From positions 1 to 53,090 of the forward strand of contig NW_021833955.1 of the NCBI RefSeq assembly GCF_006345805.1: DNA of 53,090 nucleotides, given 5' to 3'. The first letter of the stretch is position 1; each line of letters begins with the position of its first letter. The notes below the pieces were generated by a model that saw nothing but the letters and a program-made list of their open reading frames with translations, was not told the DNA's origin and made no database searches. A program made the position numbers and the translations under genes. Positions 11,561-23,559 of the stretch are shown here, piece by piece. The DNA is from Octopus sinensis (lineage: Eukaryota).

Positions 11561-12855
11561 ATATAGACAACCTTCAACAAATTAACAGTGATGTACACAA
11601 CTTGGACGGACACCTACCAGTACACGGACATACGTTCACACGCACATACACATGTACACACACACACACAGACGCGTCTGCCCATTCTCCTAGATACTCA
11701 CATACATAAGTACAAACATACATACATACCTGCGTATGGGCACACACACGTACATACGCACGTACATGTACGCACACACTTACATAGGCACATGCATACG
11801 TGCGCGTATGCATGCATACGCACATGCATACGTACGTGCATACACACACACATACATACATACATACATACATACATACATACATACATACGTGCATACA
11901 TACACACATACATACGTATACATATTTTACCTGAACTAACTAGATGTAAGGGCGAAAATAAATAGTTATAGTAAAACAAAAGTTTTCTGATACTGAGATA
12001 AATGTCTGATAATAGGTTTTAGAGTTTTGTTTTGGGGGTGAGGGTCGTAAATCACTTCCTAGTTTCGGCGGGGAAGGTTGAAATTTGATATTATTGTGAT
12101 GAGTGGTCAGTCTACATCTATCCTTCACTACATGTTTATAGCTCTAAGTTTATAGTGTGTATGTGGGTGCATATACACACATACATACATACATATCTAC
12201 ATACATACATACACACAGGCGTATGTACGTACATACATACATACATGGATGCATGCATACATGCGTGTATACATACATACACACATACATACGTACATAT
12301 ATATGACGAACTAACTGTTACTTTCTCAGATGCAGCACGGATTTTTGTCAGTGAACAGGTCGCGGATTTTAGCGACGAAAATATTGACAATTAAACTTAA
12401 ATGTTGAAGTGAATCGAACGTTTTTGTGTGTTTCTTAAATGGATCTTTCCTTTTCCTATGTTTCTGACGAAAAGTTCCTCTCGAAACGTTAAACTCTCCT
12501 TCTTTCCTTCTTTCCTCAGCGTCCAATAATACTATACTTGTTCCACGTCCTCGCGTTGTTGTGTTTTCTCTTTGTGTTTTTTCATGTTTGGATTAACTAT
12601 ATATATATATATTATATATATAATATATATATATCTATATATATATATGTATATATCATAATATATATACATAGTATATATATATATATATATATGTATT
12701 AGAAAAAATCCACCTATTATCAATTCAAAATGAACAATTAAATTACACCAGAAAATTACATATAATAGAAATATTAAATATAAAATAACAATAATATACC
12801 GATGATTCAGTAAATTGCAACAAAATAATAAATAAAACGTATACATTTGGTAGAA

Positions 12856-12959
12856 TAACGACACGTGTTTCGTGGCTATATTTAAGAAATGATTATAGTA
12901 AAATAATTAATAGTAGTAGTAAAATCAATTCGATACAAATACAGCCACTTATCAGGTTA
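12856..12959 (-). ncRNA. Minimal type I hammerhead-ribozyme-like motif with core variant
   Basis: Minus strand: TAAC-CTGATAA-GTGGCTGTATTT-(loop)-AAATATAGCCAC-GAAAC-ACGT-GTC-GTTA. 12-bp stem II, palindromic ACGT loop, GUC triplet, 4-bp stem I. Core reads CUGAUAA instead of CUGANGA. Confidence 0.6.
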
Positions 12960-13409
12960 AAAATAAACTAAAATAATAAAATAATTAATTAATAAATATA
13001 CGTAAATAATCTTTAAAAATATAAATATATTCTTTAAAATACATATATATATTCTTACCTTTTCGTTTCACTCTGCCTGCAATCATCACAGAGTTTGCAT
13101 GGTCGCTGAAGTGAAGGCAAGTGGCTTAGAGGTTAGGGGTATTCGGCTTAGATTTGGGGTGATATATTAAAATCGGCTGGGGTGGGAGAGAGAGGATTTT
13201 CTGAGTAACTTTAATTTTTATATGAGTGACAACAGACAACTTTGATATACTTGACTGTTATTTCTAGCATCACGTAGGACTACCAATTGGATAATATTCC
13301 TCCGGATGCTTCTTAAAGTCTCCTTTAATCCTTCATGAAAAGCAATACAAAATATAATCTATTAATTTTAGCATATTACCCGACCACCTGTAGGACAATA
13401 TATTTGATA

Positions 13410-16320
13410 GACGCTTCCTCAGAGAGAATGGAAGAATGAAAAGAGAATTAAAGAAGGAATGAAAGAAAAGAGGAGGGAAGGAAAAAAGTAACGTGATTCT
13501 GTAATAATGCATGAAATGAGAGCGGAAGAAAGAAAGAAAGAAAGAAAGCGAAGTGATTCCGTAATAAACAAAGAGATAAGAGTGGGGGGAGAGAAAGAGA
13601 GAAAGGGAGAAAGAAAGTAAAAGAAAGAAGGAAAAATACAAAGAATGAAGGAAAAAAGAAGAAATAAAGAAAGAAAGAAGGAAAATGAAAGAAAGAAGGA
13701 GAGAAATATAAGAGTAGGGCGAGAGAGAGAGAGAAAAAGGAGAAAAGGAAAGGACACGAAACAACGACAAAAAAAGGAAGGAAGAAAAAGATAAGAAGCA
13801 AAGGAGAAGGAAAGATAAGAGCGAGGAAAGAAACAAGAATGACGGGTAAGAAGAAGGAAATGAAAAACAAAGAAATAAAGAAAATGAAAGAAAGAAAGAA
13901 TGAGAGAAATGAAGTAAGAAAAAAAGACAGAAAGGAAAGAAAGAAAGAAAGAAAAAGAATGAAAGAAAGAAAGAAAAAGGAAGAAGAAAAGAAAGAAAGG
14001 AAAGAAAGAAAGAAGGAAGGAAAGAAGAAAGATAGGAAAAGGAAAGAAGGAAAGAAAAAACAAAGACAGTAAAAAGAAAGAAGCAAAGGAAAAGGAAACA
14101 AAGAAAGAAAGAAGAATGGAAGGAAGGATGGAAGCAAGCAAGAAAGAAGGAAAGAAAGAAGGAAAGAAAGAAAGAAAGAAAGAAGGAGAGAATGAGAGGA
14201 ATGAAGGAAGAACGAAAGAAAGACAGAAGGAGAGAATGAGAGGAATGAAGGAAGAACGAAAGAAAGACAGATGGGAAAGAAAGGAAGAGTAAAGAAAGAA
14301 AGAACGAAAGAAAGCAAAGAGAAAGAAAGGAAAAGGAAAGAAAGAAAGAAAAAAGAAAGCAAAGAGAAAGAAAGGAAAAGAAAAGAAAGAAAGAACGACA
14401 GGAAAAAGAAAGAAAGAAAGAAATAAAGAAAAAAAAAAAAAGAAAAAATGTAAGAAACAAAAAGAAAGAAAGGATGAGAGAGAGATAGAAACAATGAGAT
14501 TAAGGGAAAGAAAGAGAGAGAGAGAAAAAGAAGGAAAGAATGAAAAAGAGAGAGAGAAGGAGGAAGAAAGAAAAGAGAAAAAGAAGGAATGATAGAAGAG
14601 GGGGTGGAAGGAAAAAAGTAACGTGATTTTGTAATAATGCATGAAATGAGAGCGAAAGAAAGAAAGAAAGAAAGCGAAGTGATTCCGTAATAAACAAAGA
14701 GATGAGAGCGGGGTGGGGAGAGAAAGAAAGAAAGAAGAGAGAAAGAAGGAAAAGGAACGAAGGAAAAATAGAAAGAATGAAGTAAAAAGGAAGGAAAAAA
14801 GAAAGAAAGAAGGAAAATGAAGAAAAGAAGGAGAGAAAGATAGGTGTAGGGCGAGAGGGAGAGAGAGAAGAAGAAGAAAAGGAAAGGAAACGAAACAACG
14901 ACAAAAATAGGAAGGAAGAAAAAGAAAAGAAGCAAAGGAGAAGGAAAGATAAGAGCGAGGAAAGAAAAAAGAAAGAAGGGTAAGAAGAAGGAAATGATAA
15001 ACAGAAAGAAAAACAAAGAAGGAAAATTAGAGAAGAAAACAAAGAAAGAATGAGAGAAATGAAGGAAGAAAGAAAGAAAAACAGAAAGGAAAGAATGAAA
15101 GAAAGAAAGAAGAAAAAGAAGCAAAGAAAGAAAGAAAGAATGAATGAAAGAAGGAGAGAAGAATGAAAGGAAAAGGAAAGAAAGAAAGAAAGAAAGAAAT
15201 AAGAAGGAAAGGAAAAAGAAAGAAAGGAAGAAAGAAAAAACAAAGAAAGAAAGAAGAGAAAGAAAGAAAGAGAAAGGAAAGAAAGAAAGAAAGAAAAAAG
15301 AAAGAAGGAAAGAAAGAAATAAACGAAAAGGAAAGAAATAAAGAAAAAAGAAAGAAAGAAAGAAAAAAGAAAGGAAAAGGAAAGAAATAAAGAAAAAGAA
15401 ATAAAGAAATAAAAAAGAAAGGAAATGGAAAGAAAGGAAGAAAGACAGGAAAAGAAAGAAAGAAAGAAAGAAAGAAGGAAAAAACGGAAGGAAAGTAAAG
15501 GGAAACAAAAAGAAAGAAAGAATGAGAGAGAGATAGAGAGGAAGGCGACGTAATTCTGAAAAAATGATGAGAAGAAAGAGGGAGAGGGAGAGAGAGGGGG
15601 AGGAAGGAGGAGGGATTAGAGAAATAAATGTTAAGAGAGGAGGAGTATGAGATGAGAGAGAAAGAGTAAAAAGGCGGAGCATTAATATATAATAAGGTAA
15701 TAGAGAGAGGGAGAGGGAGAGAGGGAGAAAGAGAGAGACAGACAAACAGAGACACGGAGACAGAGAGAGAGACATAAGAAGCGAGAGGGAGAAAGAGAGA
15801 GACTGAAATAGAGAAATCGAGAGAGCAAAGAGAGAGAAAGACAGACATAGAGAAAGAGAGGGAGAGGGAAAGGGAGGAGAAAGGGAGGGAAAGAATGAGG
15901 TAAGAGAATGAGAGAATATTATATAAGGAGGTGGAGGGAGAGAGAGAATGATACATAGGTTTAGAAAGAGAGGGAGAGTGTGACGTGGGGCGGAGCGCAA
16001 AAGAGGTAGAGGGAGAGTATGAGATATGAGGTGGTAAAGAGGGAGGGAGAGAGACAAAAAGTGAGGGAGGGGGAAGGAAACAGAGGTGATGTATGAGATA
16101 TATGCTTTGTGAGGGAGGGAGAGTAAGAGTTGAGAGAAAACGAGGGATGAGGGAGGCGGGGTTAAACAATAACATAAATAATTGACAGAGGGGGAGGGAG
16201 AGGAGTAGAGAAGGAGAGGGAATGATGTGTGTGATAAGAGAGGGAGTCTATCATGTATTAGAGAAAGGAAGAGGGGAAGGATGAGGTATTAATACAGAAT
16301 GAGGAAGGAGAGAGAAGAGT
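13410..16320. repeat. ~2.9-kb purine-rich (GAAA/GA) low-complexity tract with internal duplication
   Basis: Almost exclusively A/G on the plus strand. The marker GAAAAAAGTAACGTGATT(C/T)TGTAATAATGCATGAAATGAGAGCG recurs at 13481 and 14611 (period 1130). Confidence 0.9.
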
Positions 16321-16469
16321 TTCGAAGTGTCCTTCATTTTCATATGAAACACAAAACCAAACTTTAACATACTTGGCTGTTATCTCTAGCATCACATTTG
16401 ATCCCCAACTGGACTATATTTCTCCAAAAGCTTCTGAAAGTGTCCTTCATGATAACAATCTAAAGTATA

Positions 16470-17859
16470 GTGTGGTGGGCTGTTATTTCTAGCAAGATAA
16501 CAGACCACCAATACGTTTTATAGACGCTTCTTCACTTGGTTTCTCATTCGAGGAAGAAGTCTGATCAGATCCGGGAAAAAGTTTTATAAATGCTTCTTAA
16601 ATTGTATTTCAATTTCGTATGAAAATCAAAGCAACTTTGTGTGTAGTGGGCTGTTATTTCTAGCAAGATAACAGACCACCAATACGTTTTATAGACGCTT
16701 CTTCACTTGGTTTCTCCTTCGAGGAAGAAGTCTGACCAGATCTGAAAAAAAGTTTTATAAATGCTTCTTAAATTGTCTTTCAATTTCGTATGAAAAACAA
16801 AGCAACTTTGAGTGTAGTGGCTTGTTATTTCTAGCAAGATAACAGACCACCAATACATTTATAGACGCTTCTTCACTTGGTTTCTCATTCGAGGAAGAAG
16901 TCTGACCAGATCCGGGAAAAAGTTTTATAAATGCTTCTTAAATTGTCTTTCAATTTCGTATGAAAAACAAAGCAACTTTGAGTGTAGTGGCTTGTTATTT
17001 CTAGCAAGATAACAGACCACCAATACATTTATAGACGCTTCTTCACTTGGTTTCTCATTCGAGGAAGAAGTCTGACCAGATCCGGGAAAAAGTTTTATAA
17101 ATGCTTCTTAAATTGTCTTTCAATTTCGTATGAAAAACAAAGCAACTTTGAGTGTAGTGGCTTGTTATTTCTAGCAAGATAACAGACCACCAATACATTT
17201 ATAGACGCTTCTTCACTTGGTTTCTCATTCGAGGAAGAAGTCTGACCAGATCCGGGAAAAAGTTTTATAAATGCTTCTTAAATTGTCTTTCAATTTCGTA
17301 TGAAAAACAAAGCAACTTTGAGTGTAGTGGGCTGTTATTTCTAGCAAGATACCAGACCACCAATACGTTTTATAGACGCTTCTTCACTTGGTTTCTCTTT
17401 CGAGGAAGAAGTCTGACCAGATCCGGGAAAAAGTTTTATAAATGCTTCTTAAATTGTCTTTCAATTTCGTATGAAAAACAAAGCAACTTTGAGTGTAGTG
17501 GGCTGTTATTTCTAGCACGATAACAGACCACCAATACCTTTTATAGACGCTTCTTCACTTGGTTTCTCATTCGAGGAAGAAGTCTGACCAGATCCGGGAA
17601 AAAGTTTTATAAATGCTTCTTAAATTGTCTTTCAATTTCGTATGAAAAACAAAGCAACTTTGAGTGTAGTGGGCTGTTATTTCTAGCAAGATACCAGACC
17701 ACCAATACGTTTTATAGACGCTTCTTCACTTGGTTTCTCTTTCGAGGAAGAAGTCTGACCAGATCCGGGAAAAAGTTTTATAAATGCTTCTTAAATTGTC
17801 TTTCAATTTCGTATGAAAAACAAAGCAACTTTGAGTGTAGTGGGCTGTTATTTCTAGCA
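16470..17859. repeat. Tandem array of a 170/171-bp unit (8 full copies plus a partial one)
   Basis: Unit starts GTGT(A/G)GTGG..TGTTATTTCTAGC at 16470, 16641, 16812, 16982, 17152, 17322, 17493, 17664 and 17835. Degenerate related sequence continues on both flanks. Confidence 0.95.
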
Positions 17860-18074
17860 TGATGTCAAACCAGGTGTAGGAGGATTTTTTGAATAAATGC
17901 TTCTTAAATTGTCCGTCAATGTCTCGGCTATTTAATTTGCTCAATTAAGAACTACACAGTAATTATGTAATTAATGGTTAGTTAAATAATTAGCTTCTGG
18001 TAAAATAATTAGCGAGAGAGAAATTTGAAGGTAAATGTGAAAATATAATTTATTTGTAAGAAAGTAAGGTTTCT

Positions 18075-18830
18075 TAGGGATAAAAGGAGAGGAAGAGGGA
18101 GAGGGTAAGATATAAGGAGGTGGGGGAGATAGAGAGAGAAAGAAAAGAAGAAAGAGTGAGAGAGAGAAAGCCTAGGGAAGGGGAGGGATATATTAATGTA
18201 TGAGGAAGCAGAGAAAGAACGAGAGTGGGAGAGAGAGAGAGAGAGACAGAATGCGTGAGAGAGAGAGAGAGAGAAAGAATGCGTGAGAGAGAGAGAGAGA
18301 TAGAAAGGAAGAAAGAGTGATTGAGAGAAAGCCTAGGGAAGGGGAGGGATATATTCATGTATGAGGAAGCAGAGAAAGAATGAGAGTGGGAGAGAGAGAG
18401 AGAGAGAGAAAGAAAGGAAGAAAGAGTGAGAGAGAGAAAGCCTAGCGAAGGGGAGGGATATATTAATGTATGAGGAAGCAGAGAAAGAATGAGAGTGGGA
18501 GAGAGAGAGAGAGACAGAATGCGTGAGAGAGAGAGAGAGAGACAGTTAGTGAGGGAGAGGAAGAGGTGAACGCTTTTGCAAGGGAGGTGGGCGGTGATTG
18601 AAATGAATATATAATGAGGTTCTGAGAGAAAGGAGACAGAGAGGGAGAAGTGGGAGGATATGTTTTGTAGGGGGGAGAGAAGAGTATGAAAATGCATTAA
18701 AGGTTCAGTGAGGTACAGACAGAGGGAATTAAGAGTAAAAGCAAGGGAGGGGGAAGCATTGGGTAATATATGAGGAGGTGGGCGAGGGAGGCGAAGAGAA
18801 AGAGACAAAGAGTGAGAGCGCGCTTATTGG
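18075..18830. repeat. GA-rich tract with three copies of a ~110-160-bp unit
   Basis: CCTAG(G/C)GAAGGGGAGGGATATATT(A/C)ATGTATGAGGAAGCAGAG at 18171, 18332 and 18441. Confidence 0.85.
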
Positions 18831-20121
18831 ACGATATATATTTAGTAATAGGGGAAGGGTATGAGTTAATAAGAAAGCAAAATAGGCGGAGTCAGTCTAC
18901 ATTATGCAAAGTGGTGGGAGGAGTCAACGTTGAAAGGGTAAGAACAATAACTCTTATTGCATCCCTTTTCGCTTTAAATTGTATTTTTTCTTGCGCAGAA
19001 TTTGAAGATTTCCAAAAATGATTTAATGTAAATAATAGATCGAAGGGTTTAATATTGCAATTCTTAGCCCTTAATTTCCTCCTCGTAATCTTCACACTGC
19101 ACCCTGCACCTATTGTGGATGCAGCTGCTAGAAATAGCAGCCAAACATCGCATACTAAATGAAACCTCTGATTTCTTTAATTGCTTCAAAATTTATTTAT
19201 TAAGTTGAAGAAAAATTTCGTGCGTTTGGTCTTTATTTTGAAGAATATTTGTTGCTTTTGAATAAATTCTTGCATAAAAAATCATTTTAACACGACGCAC
19301 GGACATTTCCCTCAATCTAATAGTTTCTATTTTATAATTGGCATTTGGTCAGATAACTGCAAAGATTAGCCATTGACTGTCCACTACAAAGAGAAGGGAG
19401 CAAGAATATGCAAAGAAAGTACAGTTTAGTGCAACCGTGCACTGGTTGTCGTCCTATTTTAAGCTGCAAAAATGTGAAAGTAGACTTCGAGAAGGAAAGG
19501 GATCAGACCGGAAGTGATGAGAATAGAACAGGAAACAAGTGAATGCCATCTAACGGAGAACAATTCAGCTCATAGTGACGACGCCTCTACCACCGAAACA
19601 TCTCGACACACTGTTTTTACTCATCGCAGGCCGGTCCCATGGATGTGTGACGGAGCTGTGTTGCGGGAAACAGCTACGAGAACGGAAATCGACGGAAATT
19701 GACGCATCTCGACGGTTATGAAGGAGTTCAGTGTGAAGATATTAAATGCCTTTCGGTATTGCTTCAGATGTTTGACACCCGAATTTCCTGCCTCAGAGCT
19801 TCCAGAAAATGGAGATTTTAAATTATATTTTCTAAAACTGAGCTTCTGATGCTGTAAATTGCGATTATATCGAAATATTTGATGAAAACATTTTTCCTTC
19901 TTCGATGTGGGGAGTTTTGGAAAATTCACACAAGGCGTCTGGCTTTTTTCACAACTTTCAGAAAATTAGTAAATTTTTAATGGAATTTTCTATAAATGCC
20001 TTTCAGAGTGTGTCGATTACAATTATATCGGAAATGAATATGAGAAAATTAATTTGGTGTATTATTACAGATACAGAGAACAACAGGTCACATATCGACA
20101 AAAGAAAATTGTGATGTGCGT

Positions 20122-20170
<49 letters not shown>

Positions 20171-20879
20171 TTCTTATTTTTACTTTCCACATTAAATTCC
20201 AATACAATCGCATTTTACACACACTGTAACGTATTTGTAGAAAATTACCTTAGAAAATATCCGATTTTTGTTAAAGTTCTGAGCAAACACAGACAATTCG
20301 TGTGAATTTTACGAAACTCATCTTTCCGCTACAAATTCCGATATAATCAGAATGATCACCATCTGAAGCGTATTTACAGAAAATTTAATTAAATAATGTT
20401 TGTCGGGGAGTTATGAGGAAACAAATTCGGTGCGTCGCACACATCTGTGAGAATGGCTGCCTTCCCAAGACGGGTCTTCTGCTGGAAATCGCTGTTCCAG
20501 TCGGAAAGCTTCTCGGATGTCCTCTCCCGCATCTGTGCGTGTCGGTGGGACATTACCGTCAAATCCAAGCACCATCTGAGTCGTCTCTTTTCCTCACTAA
20601 CATTTCTCTCTCTCTCTCTCTCTCTTTCTCTAATTCTTTCTTTCTTTCTCTCTGAGGGTTATGTTGCAGCCCTACCCAACCATCAGAATCATCCTCACCT
20701 GACCTAAGACCGACAATGACAGAGAAAGTAGCCGGTTCCCATTGTTAACAGCGTGTAGGTCGATGGCAGAAATATCTGGTCGGTGGTGGAAGATTGAGAC
20801 AGATGCACAGGTATCTCGACGAAATTCAGCTGCGGGGAAGTGGTATCCGTCTTTACGATCAACCATGTGTTTCATTTTT

Positions 20880-21770
20880 CTTGAATCTTTTATTTAAATA
20901 AGAAATTTCAGTGTTTTCCCTTTTGTACAGACATATTGCGTTTATTAAGTTGTCCAAAAATGTCTGACAAATAGAATAATTTGTATAACGAATCTTGATT
21001 GTGGAACAAATCTGAATTTATTCCCAGCAGGAATATTATGTCTTCATTTTCTTAAAGTTCAAACAATTGTTTCAAATCTTCTCCATTTCAGATTCATCAC
21101 ACTTCTGTTCTTCATAAAACTTTGCAGAAATTGGATGCCATTTCGTCAAAGAAGAGGAAACTATTGAGAACAAGAATTTTAATAACGTTAATAATTTTAA
21201 CCGCTTCTTGTAATATTGCAAAAGTATCTGGAAATATTTTCTGAGAAACCAACACCTCTCAGTGAAGATTGCAATAAGTGACAGAAATAGGGTTTTTATC
21301 TTACAAATTTAACTTGAACCCCAATTTCCCTCCTTATCATAGCTTCTGCATCTTTATTACATACTACATTACATTTATACCATCCAAGGCCTAGTTCTAT
21401 CGTCTACTTTTAGCTACAAAGTCTCCATCTAACGAACCAATCTTCCTGGACCCTATTCTATATTACTATAGTTTGTAATTTTACTTGCTTCATCTAATTG
21501 AATTGCATGTGTAGAGACGTTGTTTAAAAACCTTCGCATAATTTACTCCAATTAATCATTATTCATTTCTGAAATATAAATACCAACATTATCATTTCGC
21601 AGACTAACTTGCTTCATCTGCATGTTATTTCAATGAATAATTATTGATGTTTTCATTGCTGCTGCTAATACAAGTTCTTCGCCGATGTTGTTTGGGGTTT
21701 CTTTTATCTCTTGCAATAAAATAAACAGCTTCAAAAGATGCCCTTCTACTATAACCTCTGCCCCATCAGA
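20880..21770 (-). mobile_element. Fossil hAT transposase (Buster/SPIN/ZBED5-FAM200 type)
   Basis: Minus-strand reading through stops: NNIGEELVLAAA...AIQLDEAS...VTYCNLH*EVLV...ILQEAVKIINVIK...VL*RTEV**I*NGEDLKQLFEL...YLSDIFGQLNKRNMSVQKG. Matches the hAT motifs IGEELILPAA, LQLDEST, HCxxHREAL, HTEVRWLSRG and YLxDIFxxLNxLNxSxQG. Confidence 0.8.
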
Positions 21771-21777
21771 ATATCGT

Positions 21778-22072
21778 GAGTGTATTTGGTAGATGGAAAC
21801 GGAAAAAAGCCCGTCGTATACATATATACATACATACTTATGTGTTTGTGCTTGTATGTTTGTGCGCGCGTGTCTTTGTGTTTGCGTTTGAGAAGCCACC
21901 CCGCTTGACAACCAGTGTTTCTCTGTTTACGTCCTTGTGGTATAGCCGTTTGGCAAAAGACACCGTTACTAGAAGTAGTATGCATAAATGATAAAAGAAA
22001 AATCTAGAGGGGTAATTCATCAAAACGGTGCCCCAGCATGGCCGCAGTCGAATTACTGAAACCAGTAAAAAA
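21778..22072 (+). mobile_element. SINE family B, 3' fragment
   Basis: GTGTATTTGGTAGATGGAAACGGAAAAAAGCCCGTCG...CCCCAGCATGGCCGCAGTC...ACTGAAACCAGTAAAA. Interrupts the 5' side of the hAT fossil. Confidence 0.7.
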
Positions 22073-22289
22073 TATAAGATTTAAATAAAACAATAGTTTC
22101 CTCTTCCCTAAACTTATTTGCCTTTTATAATCAGTTCGATCTCTTATTTCCATTCAATCATATTTGGCAGTTTTCTGAAGTCTTCGCAGAGACACAGATT
22201 CGATTTAACCCAACCGAAAGTAATTCAGTTGAAAAGAAGAACGGGGTGTCAGAAGAGGAATTATCTTTGCCCCGTCTGGGATAATCTCT

Positions 22290-23036
22290 TCCCTCTCATC
22301 CTTCTCTTTATTCCATCATCACGTCCTATTTCTTTCAATCTCGTTCATTCCTTTTTTCCTTCCTTTTTTTCTTTATTCATTCATTCTTTTTTCTCTTTTC
22401 TTCCTTCTATCTTTCAATATAACTTGCTTTCTTTCTTCATTCTTTCTTTCAGTTTATCTGCCTTTTTTCAGTCCTTCTTTCTTTCCTTCTTTCTTTCTTT
22501 TTTTCTATTTTCCATCTTCTATCTTTCTATCTCTGTTTCTTTTGTTCTTTCTTCCTTCTTTCTGTCTTTCTGTCAGTTTTTCTTTATTTCCTTCTTTCTT
22601 ATCTCCTCCTTTCTTTCTTTCTTTTATTCTTTCTCTCTCTTTCTTTCTTTCCTTCTTTACTTTCTCCCTTCTTCCTTTCCTTCTTTCTTATCTCTTTCTT
22701 TCTTTCATTCTCTGTCTCATTTGTTATCAATCTTATTTTCTCCTTCGCAAAATAACTTCGCCGTTTGTTTATTCTTCCTTTCTTTTTTCCACTCTTTCTT
22801 TATTTCCTTCTTTCTTTCTCTTCTTTCTTTGTTTTATTTCCTTCCATTTCATACTTCCTTTCTTCTTCTTTCTACTATTCTTTCCTCTTTCTTTCTTCTT
22901 CTTTGTTTCTGTGTTTTTCTTTCTTTCTTTCACTCTTTTAGTTTTCCTTTACGTACTCTTTTTTCTCTACCTTTCTATCTCTCTTTCTATCTCTCTTTCT
23001 TTCTCTCTTTCTTTCTCTCTCTCTCTTTTCTTTCCT
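22290..23036. repeat. Pyrimidine-rich (TTTC/CT) tract
   Basis: Almost exclusively C/T on the plus strand; source of the spurious F/L/S ORFs. Confidence 0.9.
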
Positions 23037-23559
23037 CGTAAGTCGCGGTTTTCTCTTTTCGTCTAGCGTCATTTGGGAAACATGACAACAAAGCTATAAG
23101 ACGGACACACCGAACAAAGCTAGCAGTCAGAAACTCACTGGAGAAAGGCGGTTCGGTTCGACTTCCAGGGAGACTTAGACAGATAGACACACATGTTGAC
23201 GTCATGAAACGAGAGGATGTATATTTTGGTGGTGGGATCCATCTTTGCCGGCACCGTTCAGTTTTGATCATTTGCCGAGTGATTCGTGTCGCCGATGTCG
23301 TCGGATACTTCTAAGTTCTTTACACCGAGCTACACTACACCTCGGATGCTGGTTCATGTCTTTCGAAAGACACAGCGCATTGTAGTAGCTGTTCTCTTAA
23401 GCAAGTCTCTCTGAACAATATCACTAATCGTAAACTAACGATGGTTTTCACCTCGTCCAATGAAAGGGTAGCCGCAAGATTGTTTTTTTTTTATATCATC
23501 GGACAGCGATGGTAAGCGGAATGACAGCAGATCACCGCTTAAGTGGATCCTTTTTCTAA

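Noticed and set aside
8115-12394. Many YI/CV/HT dipeptide-repeat ORFs (also near 36.4, 37.0, 40.6 and 49.3-52.4 kb)
   Set aside because: Translations of (AT)n, (GT)n, (ACAT)n and (GATA)n microsatellites.
12455-12500. Hammerhead-like CTGACGA...CTCGAAACGTTAAA (related relic at ~52412-52460; CTGATGA at ~40354)
   Set aside because: At 12460 stem II does not pair and no NUH triplet follows. At 52415 the core reads CTGTGGG. At 40354 no GAAA follows the stem. At best these are decayed relics.
13333-16175. Long minus-strand ORFs (375-869 aa) rich in F/L/S
   Set aside because: They are translations of the (TTTC/CT)n strand, which lacks stop codons; all three frames are open and no domain is present.
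16470-17859. CRISPR-like array
   Set aside because: Units are full-length near-identical tandem copies with no unique spacers, no cas genes, and a eukaryotic context.
22118-23066. 307-aa and 174-aa F/L/S-rich ORFs
   Set aside because: Same low-complexity artefact from a pyrimidine tract.
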